A stretch of DNA of 64,000 nt from an uncultured bacterium (GCA_963801165.1 CAWDDT010000006.1:576001-640000), one strand, 5' to 3'. Shown: positions 36,695 through 46,303, counted from the first letter of the stretch. The notes: generated by a model from the sequence alone, not told the origin. Translations and numbers: made by a program.

Positions 36695-38200
36695 ATGAGC
36701 GATAAGCCCGAGGCCGACGACAAGGACACCAAGACCGACGAGGCCAAAGAGCTCCCTCCCCCGCCTCACCACGAGGAGATCTCGACCGAGACAACCCATA
36801 CGGTCTCGATCGGCAGCGAAGAAGTCGAGTACACGGCCACAGCAGGCAGGCTCGTGCTCACCGAGGAGGAGGGCAAGAAGAAGGCTTCGTTCTTCTTCGT
36901 CTCGTACACCCGAAACGGTGTCTCCGATGTCGCCGCCCGGCCCATTGTGTTTGCCTTCAACGGAGGCCCGGGGTCCTCATCTGTGTGGCTCCACCTCGGC
37001 CTGCTCGGACCACGCCGGGTTCTCATGGATGATGACGGGATGCCCTACCCGCCTCCAGGGCGGCTCGTCGACAACGAGCACTCGCTTCTCGACGTCGCCG
37101 ACCTTGTGTTCATCGATCCCGTCGGCACCGGCTTCTCCCGAGCCATCCCCAGCGACGAGGCGAAGAGCTACCACCACTTCAAGAAGGACATCGAGGCCGT
37201 TGGTGAGTTCATCCGGCTATATCTCACCCGCCACAAGCGGTGGGGGTCACCGAAGTTCCTCGCAGGCGAGTCGTACGGGACGACCCGGTCTGCGGGTCTC
37301 GCCGGCCATCTCTACCAGCGTCACGGGCTCGTCTTCAACGGTCTCGTGCTGGTCTCGTCGATCCTCAACTTCCAGACGGCCGGCTTCGACGGGGCGACCG
37401 GAACGTTCCGCCGCGGCAACGATCTCCCCTACATCGTGTTCCTTCCAACGTATGCAGCTACCGCCTGGTACCACGGCAGGCTGGGAGCGAAGGATCAGAA
37501 CCGGGACCTGCGCGAGTTCCTTGGCGAGGTCGAGGGATTCGCAGCGACTGAATACGCTCTCGCTCTCTTCCAGGGTGCCGGCCTCCCCGAGGCCGACTTC
37601 AAGAAGATCGCCAGGAAGGTGGCCCGCTACACCGGTCTCTCGGAGACATATGTAGGCCGCTACGACCTGCGCATCGAGATCCTGCGGTTCTGCAAGGAGC
37701 TTCTCCGTGACCAGGGCCGCACCGTCGGACGCATCGACGCGCGGTACACCGGCATCGATCGTTTCGTCGACGGCGACGCTTTCGAGTCGGATCCTTCCAC
37801 CGACGCCACCATGGGGGCATACACCTCGGCGCTCAACGCCTACATGCACGACGAGCTCGAATACGAGAGCGACCTCCCTTATGAGATTCTGAGCTCACAG
37901 GTCTGGCAGAACTGGGATTACGAGGACTTCAAGAATGCATACGTCGATGTGTCCGAGACATTGCGCAACACGATGAGCCGCAACAAGTTCATGAAAGTGT
38001 TCGTCGCCAACGGCTACCTGGACCTGGCGACCCCGTATTTCGCCACCGAGTACACCTTCAACCATCTCGGACTCGACCCGAGCCTGCGTGACAACGTGAC
38101 TATGGAGTACTACGACGCCGGCCACATGATGTACGTCCACATCGACTCGTTGGCCAAGCTCGCCGCCGATCTGCGCGTGTTTGTGAACAACGCTTCTTGA
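36695..38200 (+). CDS. Peptidase S10 family serine carboxypeptidase
   Basis: FNGGPGSSS, FIDPVGTGFS, GESYG, G.LDLATP, AGHMMY. Confidence 0.93.
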   Translation: MSDKPEADDKDTKTDEAKELPPPPHHEEISTETTHTVSIGSEEVEYTATAGRLVLTEEEGKKKASFFFVSYTRNGVSDVAARPIVFAFNGGPGSSSVWLHLGLLGPRRVLMDDDGMPYPPPGRLVDNEHSLLDVADLVFIDPVGTGFSRAIPSDEAKSYHHFKKDIEAVGEFIRLYLTRHKRWGSPKFLAGESYGTTRSAGLAGHLYQRHGLVFNGLVLVSSILNFQTAGFDGATGTFRRGNDLPYIVFLPTYAATAWYHGRLGAKDQNRDLREFLGEVEGFAATEYALALFQGAGLPEADFKKIARKVARYTGLSETYVGRYDLRIEILRFCKELLRDQGRTVGRIDARYTGIDRFVDGDAFESDPSTDATMGAYTSALNAYMHDELEYESDLPYEILSSQVWQNWDYEDFKNAYVDVSETLRNTMSRNKFMKVFVANGYLDLATPYFATEYTFNHLGLDPSLRDNVTMEYYDAGHMMYVHIDSLAKLAADLRVFVNNAS

Positions 38201-38218
38201 CCTCGGTGGGGTGAGCAG

Positions 38219-38445
38219 GTGCGTGTTCTGCTGTCCGACGGGTCGGGGCTGGCAAGCAGACAGCCTGCGACGTGTCTTGCGGCAGGCGGCCACACAGTCG
38301 GCGTGCTGTCAGCCGCGTCACTGGCGCTGACCCGATTCCCCCGAGCGGTACGGCGCAGAGGTGGTTCGCCGCCGGGTCGGTTTCTGCGTACGCGCTCACG
38401 GCGGACGGTGGCGCCAGATCATCGCCGCCGCCCACAACGAGAACG
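38219..38445 (+). pseudogene. Internally deleted remnant, possibly of an ATP-grasp family gene
   Basis: N-terminus MRVLLSDGSGL.SRQ.A..L...GH.V.VL...LTRF joined directly to C-terminal-like WFAAGSVSAYALT..G/WRQI across frames; family recalled from motif memory only. Confidence 0.4.
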
Positions 38446-38516
38446 ACCGAGGTCCACCCTGCAATAGCCATCTGCCGATACGTCAAGAACCGGGGCCAAC
38501 CCGTCGATACAACACA

Positions 38517-39716
38517 ATGGCCTCTGCCCATCTGCACAATCCAGAAGTCGACCTCATCGTCTCGGCAATCCCGGTCCCCCTCTTGGTGTCCGACTACACC
38601 CCCATCATCGAGCGATTCGGCGGTGTGAGTGGGGAAACGCTCCGAAGCATGCTGCTTGAAGACACGGCGCTCTTCACCGAGATGCTGAGCCTGCCGCGCG
38701 CCGTAGCCGCTAGCCCGGCATGGATCAGGCTTTACGGGTCACCGCTGACACGCAGTCTCCCGGAGCTAACCGACCGCCATTTCTCGCCGGCGACATATCC
38801 CGAGCTGCACAAGACACTCATGGAGCAGTTCACGGCCCCGTTCCGCGGGATCACGTCGATACGCCGCGAGCACACGGCTCCGACGCTACTCGGCGATGTC
38901 ATCGTACGCTCTCATTGGAGCGCCTCGATAGATGCTGGAGGCCCGCGCTGGGACCAGATCGTCATCGTCGATATCGATGTCACGGACGTACGGACGGCAC
39001 AACATGACCTCGAGACCATTCTCGAGACCAAGGACCAGCTCGTTCATTCGAAAGATCAGCTGATCGCAGCGGTTTCCCACGAGATCCGCACTCCGCTCTC
39101 GGCGATCGTCGGATTCGCCGAGCTGCTGAGAGACTCACAGACCCTGTCCCCAGGCGAGCGACATGAGATGATCGAGCACCTCGTTCAGCAGGGTGCCGAC
39201 CTCGCCGATATCGTCGACGACCTGCTTGTCTCGGCCAAGACCAACCTCGGACAACTCGAGCTCGCCAAGGTCACCGTTGACCTCGCTGCCGAAGCCGCTC
39301 GGGTCGTCAAGAGCTTGCCCGGCACGGGCCGGGTTGCCGTCTCGCTTCCCGTGCGCAGCGTCAAGGGAATCGCCGATCCGGCCCGGACACGCCAGATCAT
39401 CCGCAACCTGATCACAAACGCGATCCGCTATGGAGGCTCCGAGATCGCTGTGGAAGCATCAGGCGCCAACGGAACGGCCGCGCTTCGGGTTCGGGACAAC
39501 GGTGCCGGCGTGCCGATGGGCAAGGTCGAATCGATCTTCAAGGCGTATCAACGAAGCGACGAGCCATCGGGCTCCGTGCCCGCGTTGGGCCTCGGGCTCC
39601 ACATCTCACGCACCCTGGCACGCCGTATGGATGGTGAGCTCACCTACCGATACGAGGACGGCGAGTCGGTCTTCGAGCTGACGCTGCCGCGCGCAGCAAC
39701 GTCCGACTCGGTGTAG
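38517..39716 (+). CDS. Sensor histidine kinase
   Basis: VSHEIRTPL, RQIIRNLITNAIRYG, VRDNGAG, LGLGL.IS..LA..M.G. Confidence 0.9.
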   Translation: MASAHLHNPEVDLIVSAIPVPLLVSDYTPIIERFGGVSGETLRSMLLEDTALFTEMLSLPRAVAASPAWIRLYGSPLTRSLPELTDRHFSPATYPELHKTLMEQFTAPFRGITSIRREHTAPTLLGDVIVRSHWSASIDAGGPRWDQIVIVDIDVTDVRTAQHDLETILETKDQLVHSKDQLIAAVSHEIRTPLSAIVGFAELLRDSQTLSPGERHEMIEHLVQQGADLADIVDDLLVSAKTNLGQLELAKVTVDLAAEAARVVKSLPGTGRVAVSLPVRSVKGIADPARTRQIIRNLITNAIRYGGSEIAVEASGANGTAALRVRDNGAGVPMGKVESIFKAYQRSDEPSGSVPALGLGLHISRTLARRMDGELTYRYEDGESVFELTLPRAATSDSV

Positions 39717-39761
39717 CCGAAAGCCCCGTGCGTAGGATCTGCTGCGATCGACTCGTCCCGG

Positions 39762-40259
39762 TTACTCCCCGATCTCAAATACAAAGGCGCTGAGGAACAC
39801 GCCGGGCTCCGGGGTCCGATCGAGTGCAGGCTCCCTGCGGAATCCCATTGCCGGATACATCGCTTGTGCGATCCGCTGGAGTTGAGAGCTGTGGACAACC
39901 ACCCGCCGCCTACCGGCGCGACGGGCTCGATCCAGACACGCTGCCGTCAACGCCTTCCCCAGCCCGAGACCCTGAAAACGCGGGTCAACAGCCAGCATCC
40001 TGATCCCCGCCGCTTCCGGATCGTCGAACTCCGACATCGATGTGTACGGGCCGGGAACATACGTCGCCACGCCGGCGATCTCGCCATCCAGCATCGCCAG
40101 CAAGATGTCGTTGTCGATAGCCCTCCCGGCCACATCCGCCAGCCGGTCGTAGTAGGCGTGATCATCGGGGAGACCACCCAGCTCCCGGTAGGCGCACACC
40201 GCGATCGCACCCAGTGCAGGGTATTCCGCGGGATGTGCGACTCGGACTTCTGCGGGCAC
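39762..40259 (-). CDS. GNAT family N-acetyltransferase
   Basis: IRMLAVDP.FQGLGLG, A..MY..MGF.R. Confidence 0.88.
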   Translation of the reverse strand: MPAEVRVAHPAEYPALGAIAVCAYRELGGLPDDHAYYDRLADVAGRAIDNDILLAMLDGEIAGVATYVPGPYTSMSEFDDPEAAGIRMLAVDPRFQGLGLGKALTAACLDRARRAGRRRVVVHSSQLQRIAQAMYPAMGFRREPALDRTPEPGVFLSAFVFEIGE

Positions 40260-40300
40260 GTAGCCTCCAAACGGCGGGCCAATGTTACGCGGATGAGACG

Positions 40301-40858
40301 TCAGGATGAGAACGCACCGGCCAGATGGTCGATACCGAACTCAAATGCTTGGTCGACATCGCCGCCCATTCGAAACGCATCTGCCAACTCCATTGCGACG
40401 AATCCGTGCGCCCACGCGGTGATCGTCCGCGCCGCCTCCAGAGAGCGGTCCTGACCGGCGAGCGCGGCCGCAATCGTCAGTACCGCACGGCTCGCGGCCA
40501 TCAGATGCACCGGGTCGGCGCGCCACTCCTCGGGTAGCGGAGCGAAAATCAGCCGGTAGGTCCCGGGGTGTTGCTTGGCGAAGAGACGGAAGGCACTCGC
40601 GACGGCTCTGAGATCGTCTTCCGGAGTCGGCGCCCTTCCCCTGCCGTCGAGGGCCGCGGCGAGGTCGTCGACCACGTCCTCCACTATCAGCTTGACCAGC
40701 GCGCCACGCGACGGCACGTGCTTGTAGAGAGACGGCGGACGCACCCCGACCGTGGCCGCGACTCGCTGCATCGTCAGGGCGTCGAGGCCGCCCGCCTCGA
40801 CGAGCGCACGACCGGCGGCAACGATGTCTTCACGTGAGGTGCGGGAAGGGGTCGGCAC
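40301..40858 (-). CDS. TetR family regulator with WHG domain
   Basis: LTMQRVAA.VGV.PPSLYKHV HTH; AWAHGF. Confidence 0.92.
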   Translation of the reverse strand: MPTPSRTSREDIVAAGRALVEAGGLDALTMQRVAATVGVRPPSLYKHVPSRGALVKLIVEDVVDDLAAALDGRGRAPTPEDDLRAVASAFRLFAKQHPGTYRLIFAPLPEEWRADPVHLMAASRAVLTIAAALAGQDRSLEAARTITAWAHGFVAMELADAFRMGGDVDQAFEFGIDHLAGAFSS

Positions 40859-40873
40859 GTCTTTCTCCTCAGC

Positions 40874-40917
40874 GATAGCTACTAGTATTAGCTATCATAG
40901 CTACTGTTGCTAGCCAT
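40874..40917. promoter_or_regulatory. Two adjacent palindromic operators ATAGCTA-N7-TAGCTAT (TetR)
   Basis: GATAGCTA-CTAGTAT-TAGCTATC (40874-40896) and ATAGCTA-CTGTTGC-TAGCCAT (40897-40917) between divergent tetR and MBL genes. Confidence 0.75.
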
Positions 40918-40937
40918 CAATCGGAAAGGCCTCAGAC

Positions 40938-41654
40938 ATGCAACTCGCCCCCGGACTACACCGCGTCGGATCCGACATGGTCAACGCCTACCTGGTAGAG
41001 GACGACCGCGGCATCACCCTCGTAGATGCCGGCATCCCCGGACAATGGCCGGACCTCAGCGCCGAGCTCGCCTCCATGGGCCGCAGCCTCGATGACATCA
41101 GGGGCGTCGTGCTGACGCACGGAGACACAGATCACATCGGGTATGCCGAGCGGTTGCGGCGCGACCATGGAGTCCCGATCTACGTTCACCAGGACGATGC
41201 CCTACTGGCGCAGGGCCGCGACAAGAAGAATCCGGGGTGGGGTAGGGTCAAGATCGGACCGTTGCTCCGCTTCCTCTGGTATGCCGGCAGGCGAGGTGGC
41301 TTGCGCGTCCCACCCGTCACGGACGTGGAAACGTTCACCGACGGCGCAACGCTCGACCTGCCCGGCAATCCGCAGATCATCTCGGTACCGGGTCACAGTC
41401 CCGGGAGCGTCGCAGTCCACGTTCCCACGGTCGGCGCCCTCTTTGTAGGTGACGCCATGACTACGCGCCACGTGCTCACGGGTGTCATCGGACCGCAGCC
41501 TGCACCGTTCACCCTGGACCCGGCCCGGGCAATCGAATCGCTCGCCTCGCTGGAAAGCATCGAGGCCGCCTGGGTGCTCCCCGGGCACGGCCCCGCCTGG
41601 ACGGGGGGCGTGACCGAAGCGATCCACCTGATCCGCGAGGTCGCCGGGTCATAG
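40938..41654 (+). CDS. MBL-fold metallo-hydrolase
   Basis: LVDAG, LTHGDTDHIG, PGHSPG, FVGDA, LPGHG. Confidence 0.92.
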   Translation: MQLAPGLHRVGSDMVNAYLVEDDRGITLVDAGIPGQWPDLSAELASMGRSLDDIRGVVLTHGDTDHIGYAERLRRDHGVPIYVHQDDALLAQGRDKKNPGWGRVKIGPLLRFLWYAGRRGGLRVPPVTDVETFTDGATLDLPGNPQIISVPGHSPGSVAVHVPTVGALFVGDAMTTRHVLTGVIGPQPAPFTLDPARAIESLASLESIEAAWVLPGHGPAWTGGVTEAIHLIREVAGS

Positions 41655-41665
41655 AAGTCTGGCGG

Positions 41666-41863
41666 CTACCCGAGGAAGTGCAAGCCCATCCACGCCCACG
41701 CGGCGAACACCCCGATCCTCCCCGAGCGGGTGCGCAAGACCCAGCGCAAAACGGTGTCCAGGCGGGGCACGGCGCTGTCCGGGCGCCGTGCGATGATCTC
41801 GATGGTGACGCCCAGCAGCGCTATCACCACGTATCCAGTGAGCGTGAGTGCGTGTGTCGTCAT
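41666..41863 (-). CDS. Small membrane protein (DUF6186-like)
   Basis: 65 aa MTTHALTLTGY...RSGR.....W.W.GLHF; ATGA-coupled to the upstream gene. Confidence 0.62.
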   Translation of the reverse strand: MTTHALTLTGYVVIALLGVTIEIIARRPDSAVPRLDTVLRWVLRTRSGRIGVFAAWAWMGLHFLG

Positions 41864-42492
41864 GAGCGACGGATGAGACTGCGGCCGGCGGCAGCCCACA
41901 GCACGAAACCGACCACACGCCCTGCGTAGGTGGCGAAAACGGGATCGAGCATGTAACTGATCGTTGGCGATTCGTACGATGACTCGGCAAGAGTCGGCTG
42001 TCCGAGCAACGCAGTGAGCTCCCAAAGCCCGAGCATGAGCAGCGCCGCTCCCCAGATGAACAGACCGCGCCCCGACACGTCGACATCCTCTGCATCGGGT
42101 TGGGTGAGCCATGCCCACCCCACCACCAGGATGCCCACCAGCCCGGTCACCGCCGTCAACGGCAGGGTGTGGACACCGAATAACGCCGCGAGCAGACAAG
42201 CCGCGAGAACCGCCCCCACCCAAACACGGCGTTCCACTGCCGCCTGCAACGGTGCCGGAGACACCAGCGGTGGCGGCTCGCTCGGCAGCACCGTGCCGGC
42301 ACCCGCCCCGGCTCGAACCCGGGCCCGACCGACGCGAATACGGTCGGCCAGGATCAGCCCGGCCCCGGCGAACAGGATGGCACCACGAGCCGCGGTGCCC
42401 CCAGACAGCAACTCAACGACCCCGGCAATCACCAGGATCCAGGCCACCGGATCTCGCAAAACCATCAGCATACGATTCATGACCAGCGACAT
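41860..42492 (-). CDS. Hypothetical membrane protein
   Basis: Several TM helices; LWEL.A...QP......PTISY.LDP motif. Confidence 0.68.
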   Translation of the reverse strand: MSLVMNRMLMVLRDPVAWILVIAGVVELLSGGTAARGAILFAGAGLILADRIRVGRARVRAGAGAGTVLPSEPPPLVSPAPLQAAVERRVWVGAVLAACLLAALFGVHTLPLTAVTGLVGILVVGWAWLTQPDAEDVDVSGRGLFIWGAALLMLGLWELTALLGQPTLAESSYESPTISYMLDPVFATYAGRVVGFVLWAAAGRSLIRRS

Positions 42493-42552
42493 GGTACGAG
42501 CACCGCGCCCGGTTGGTGTCGCCGCTACTCCGGCAACCCGTCCAGAGCGTCG

Positions 42553-43722
42553 CTACGACCTCGACCAGGCGACCCAGGTTCCGTCGGACACGCGGGTGCG
42601 AGTGCCGTCGAGTTTCTGCACCCATACGCCGCTCTCGCCGTCGACGGTGCCGGGAAAGGCAAACGCCGAGCCGTCGGGCGACCACAGGGAGACACTCTGT
42701 GCGTACTGGTCGAAGAACGGCAGGAAGTTGGCGACATAAGACGGTGGCGGTCGGAACGCGGCCACCTCCGCCAGGGTCGTTCCGTCCCAGACGCTCCAGC
42801 TCGCCTCCGTATCCGAAACTACATCGAGAACCAGCAACCGGCTTCCATCCGGCGACCAGAAGAACGCACCGGCCAAGCCGTCGCTGACGGTGACCACGTC
42901 GCCGTCGCCCGGCGTCACCACCACAAGCCGGTTGGGTGACACCGCAGGGAGCGCCTGGTAGACAGCGCTCAACGCATCGTCAGTTAGGACCGACTGCACC
43001 GCGATGCGGCTACCGTCTGCCGAGGCGGCAAACACTGCAGGGCCGGGCAGCGCGGCAACCGGCTCGACCGCACCGTCCGCAGAAACGAGCACGAGACGCT
43101 GTGACCCCGAGAACATCTCGACGGCCGCTATGCCGCTCTCGGTCCATTGGGGGGCCTGGAACGATCCGGGGACAACGCCGAGATCGGACGACTCCTCGAG
43201 GTCGTTCAGCTCCAGCCGGTCGAGCGAGATGTGTGTCGCCAGCCGCGAGCCGCCGGGTTCCCAAGAGAAGTAGAGAGGGGCGCCGGCGTCGATTGAACGC
43301 GGATCGTCGAGCTGCGTGCCGTCGAACGAGGTCAAGTCGAGGGATAGCCCGCTAGTTGTATTGCGCAGAAACAGGAGGTCGTTGTCGATCGACCACGAAA
43401 AGTAGAACGAGGTCGACTCGGTGGGAAGCATCGCCGTCGTCGAACCATCGGCGGCCGCCACGTAGAGGGTTGGGGTTCCCGTTAGGCGCGAATACGCGAT
43501 GGCCGAGCCGTCGGGAGACCACACGGGTTGGAAGTAGGGCTCGCCGATCGTGGCATCTTCGGTCAAGGTGGTGATCCTCGATCCGTCGGGAGCGACCGTC
43601 GCCACGTTGCCATCGCCATCGACAATCACAAGCATCCCTCCCGCCGCGTCGTTGCCGGGCGAGAGGGTGCAGCCGGCGAACACCAGCGCAACCAAAACGA
43701 CGGATAACGCTCGCTTGCTCAT
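42553..43722 (-). CDS. TolB-like beta-propeller lipoprotein (PD40 repeats)
   Basis: Lipobox FAGC; repeated WSPDG motifs. Confidence 0.8.
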   Translation of the reverse strand: MSKRALSVVLVALVFAGCTLSPGNDAAGGMLVIVDGDGNVATVAPDGSRITTLTEDATIGEPYFQPVWSPDGSAIAYSRLTGTPTLYVAAADGSTTAMLPTESTSFYFSWSIDNDLLFLRNTTSGLSLDLTSFDGTQLDDPRSIDAGAPLYFSWEPGGSRLATHISLDRLELNDLEESSDLGVVPGSFQAPQWTESGIAAVEMFSGSQRLVLVSADGAVEPVAALPGPAVFAASADGSRIAVQSVLTDDALSAVYQALPAVSPNRLVVVTPGDGDVVTVSDGLAGAFFWSPDGSRLLVLDVVSDTEASWSVWDGTTLAEVAAFRPPPSYVANFLPFFDQYAQSVSLWSPDGSAFAFPGTVDGESGVWVQKLDGTRTRVSDGTWVAWSRS

Positions 43723-43891
43723 ACAACTGAGAGTACGGGTCTCGAACGCGATTCGGTTCCCGTTCGGAACTCGGCTTGTTCTATTTCACACGTTGTTCAC
43801 GAACACCCGAAGTGGCTGACGACGCGACACGCACAACCCGGCCTGGTTCATCGCCGGCGGGTGCGCCCGCAGGACCCGCTATCTTCGTCAT

Positions 43892-44003
43892 TGGGCATTG
43901 TGAGGGGTGGGCATTGTGAGGGGTGGGCATTGTGAGGGGTGGGCATTGTGAGGGGTGGGCATTGTGAGGGGTGGGCATTGTGAGGGGTGGGCATTGCGAG
44001 GGC
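43892..44003 (+). repeat. 16-bp tandem repeat (TGGGCATTGTGAGGGG) x6 plus one degenerate copy
   Basis: Perfect units start at 43892, 43908, 43924, 43940, 43956, 43972; variant TGGGCATTGCGAGGGC at 43988; no spacers. Confidence 0.95.
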
Positions 44004-44006
44004 CTT

Positions 44007-44471
44007 ATGGCAACTGACAGCAGAGACACCAGCATGCGGCGCCGAAGCAGGGAACGCCGAGCCACACGCGCACCGCTACGGTTGCCGGAGCGCCGCACCG
44101 GGTTCGACCGCCGTGACCCACCGGGCTGGCGTGGCCGATACCAGGCCGAGCTGAGGCAGTTCGGAAGTAGCGCGTTGGCGTTTCCGCTCGTGGTGGCCAC
44201 GATCGTGGTCTTCAACTTCATCGACTACATCATGACGATTCGGGTACTTGGTGCCGGCGGTCTAGAGCTCAACCCGATCATGCAACGGCTATTTGAGATG
44301 GGGATGGGGACCGCGGCTCTCGTCAAGCTGCTGACCGCCGGTGTCGTTGCCCTGGTCCTCCTGGCGCTCCGTCGCTACCGGCGAACGCTCGAAGTGTCGC
44401 TGCTCGTCCTGCTCGGATACAGCGCATTGACGTTCTATCACGCCTACCTAGCGATGCGTCTGCGCGGCTGA
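44007..44471 (+). CDS. DUF5658-like membrane protein with Arg-rich ERR/DRR N-terminus
   Basis: FNFIDY.MT..VL..GG.ELNP.M...VK; N-terminal ERRATR...ERRTGFDRR. Confidence 0.72.
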   Translation: MATDSRDTSMRRRSRERRATRAPLRLPERRTGFDRRDPPGWRGRYQAELRQFGSSALAFPLVVATIVVFNFIDYIMTIRVLGAGGLELNPIMQRLFEMGMGTAALVKLLTAGVVALVLLALRRYRRTLEVSLLVLLGYSALTFYHAYLAMRLRG

Positions 44472-44479
44472 TTGCGACG

Positions 44480-44647
44480 TCAGTTGGCTCGACGAGACCC
44501 GCTCGCCTTCCTGGCTGCCTTCTTGGTGGACCCATCGTGCTGGGCAACCAGGTTGGGACCGTTGAAGGGCCGGCCGGGCTTGCTCGTCCGCTTGGCGGGT
44601 TGCTGCTGACGGACCTTGGTGGCGCGTACTTTGGATGCACCGGACAT
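44480..44647 (-). CDS. Small basic protein, 55 aa (below ORF-track cut-off)
   Basis: GAGGAAG 6 nt before ATG; MSGASKVRATKVRQQQPAKRTSKPGRPFNGPNLVAQHDGSTKKAARKASGSRRAN*. Confidence 0.5.
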   Translation of the reverse strand: MSGASKVRATKVRQQQPAKRTSKPGRPFNGPNLVAQHDGSTKKAARKASGSRRAN

Positions 44648-44727
44648 AGTTGTCTTCCTCGAGTGACGACCGGGTTACGACCCGGCAGGGTGATGAGAAC
44701 GAGTCATTCTCAAATTGCAAAAGACGA

Positions 44728-44907
44728 TCAACGGTCGAATCGGTCCCAACCGTCGCGGCTGCGCCGGGAGCCCTTGCCGTGCGAAGCGTTCTTCCCGGTC
44801 CGGCGTCGATTGGGACCACTGGACTGATTTCCAGAACCCCGCTCGTTGTAGCTGCCTCGATCCCAACCTTCCGTTTCTTCGAAGGGACGGTCCACTCTGC
44901 GGCTCAT
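44728..44907 (-). CDS. Small hydrophilic Arg/Gly-rich protein, 59 aa
   Basis: GGAAAGG 6 nt before ATG 44907; MSRRVDRPFEETEGWDRGSY...SRDGWDRFDR*. Confidence 0.4.
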   Translation of the reverse strand: MSRRVDRPFEETEGWDRGSYNERGSGNQSSGPNRRRTGKNASHGKGSRRSRDGWDRFDR

Positions 44908-45149
44908 GCGCAGCCTTTCCGCTAGTGCCCGCGTACGGGATTCGTCGGCACCATGCCGAACGCGGTCAAGGTACCCGATCGCTAGTTCGCTAGCAAGCAG
45001 TTTCCGAGCGGTACGAGACCCCAAAACGAGGGACAACCGACTCTATTTCAGTTCCGCACCTCGCCTCCGGTGCGGGGCCGATGAAGACCCGCCACAACGG
45101 CGTCATATCGCTTCTCGAAGGCTCAGGCCTAGGGCGACTCCTCGAGCTG

Positions 45150-45335
45150 GGTGAGGAGAACCGGGCACGCTCGGGCTCACCGGGCAGATGGCGGTAGGCG
45201 ACGACCCGGATCGCCGTCCCGGTGGCGACACCGGCCCTGGTCGCAGCCGCGCTCATCGGCGCTCCATTGAACCCTCGCCCGGCAACGAGATCTCGCAACC
45301 CTACGGATTGCCCACGGGCGATCGGGAGCCGTCAC
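45150..45335 (-). pseudogene. Degraded TetR family regulator
   Basis: GTG 45335 overlaps the SDR stop; MTAPDRP..IRR then a frameshift to RDLVAGRGFNGAPMSAAATRAGVATGTA (TetR HTH), then truncated. Confidence 0.55.
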
Positions 45336-46270
45336 GCCCGATCTGTGTGATCGAATTGCAAGCGGGTTCCCGTCATTTCCTGCGATACCGCCCACAGCGT
45401 GTCGATGGCCTTCTGCAGACCAAGCCTGCGCAGAATCGGCCTACGCACTGGCGGCCCGTTCTGCATGAAGCGAGGGCAATAGAACTCGCCGCCTCTTGCA
45501 GCAGGGTCGGTGGCGGCGCGCAGCTGGGGCAGGCATCCATGGTCCGGTTCCATCCCGGTGCTGGCGGCGAGCCATTTCCATATCGGGGCCGACCATCCAC
45601 CGCCGCCCTCGTCAACCGTATGCACCTGGAGGTTGGTGTGTGACAGACCGGGGTGGGCGAGCAGGCTCTGTGCGGTCAGACCGCGTCTTGCGAACTCCTG
45701 CTGCAGCCCGATTCCGAAGTGGAAGTTGGCCAACTTGGCTTGCCCGTATGCCTTCCATGCTCCATAGCTCCCCTCGAGGTTGGGGTTCTTGGGGTCGACG
45801 CTCCTGCCGAAGTGGTGTGCGGTGCTGGTGACGGTGACCACCCGGGCTGCCGATGCCATCAGCAACGGCTTCATCAGGCCGGCGGTGAGCACCCAGTGAC
45901 CGAGGTGGTCGACCCCGAACTGCATCTCGAACCCATCCTCGGTGCGGCGCTCGGGCAATCCCATGAGCCCGGCATTGTTGAGCAGGATGTCGATTGTGGG
46001 GTGATTGGCCGTGATCTGCCCGGCCGCCCGACGCACCGAGTCGAGCGAAGCCAGGTCGAGCTGGACTATCTCGAGCGAGGCGTCGGGGTGGGCGGCCACG
46101 ATCTCGTCGTAGGCGCTCTTCGCCTTGGTCTGGTTGCGCACCGCCATGACGACGTGGGCGCCGGCCCCCGCCAGCGCCTTTGCTGATTCGAGACCGAGCC
46201 CGCCATTGGCTCCGGTCACGACGGCGATTTTGCCGGTCAGGTCTGGCATGTCGGCGACGGTCCAGCCCAT
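45332..46270 (-). CDS. Short-chain dehydrogenase/reductase (WWOX/retinol dehydrogenase-like)
   Basis: [43 protein letters not shown]. Confidence 0.93.
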   Translation of the reverse strand: MGWTVADMPDLTGKIAVVTGANGGLGLESAKALAGAGAHVVMAVRNQTKAKSAYDEIVAAHPDASLEIVQLDLASLDSVRRAAGQITANHPTIDILLNNAGLMGLPERRTEDGFEMQFGVDHLGHWVLTAGLMKPLLMASAARVVTVTSTAHHFGRSVDPKNPNLEGSYGAWKAYGQAKLANFHFGIGLQQEFARRGLTAQSLLAHPGLSHTNLQVHTVDEGGGGWSAPIWKWLAASTGMEPDHGCLPQLRAATDPAARGGEFYCPRFMQNGPPVRRPILRRLGLQKAIDTLWAVSQEMTGTRLQFDHTDRA

Positions 46271-46303
46271 GTCCTCGCTCCCTGGTAGGTGGCTGCCCAT
46301 TGT

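Noticed and set aside
43741-43890. Riboswitch upstream of the repeat and DUF5658-like gene
   Set aside because: I could not match the conserved cores of c-di-GMP, c-di-AMP, cobalamin, SAM or TPP riboswitches by eye; an Rfam scan would settle it.
43892-44003. CRISPR array
   Set aside because: Units are contiguous with no spacers, and there are no cas genes; the same applies to 54193-54247.
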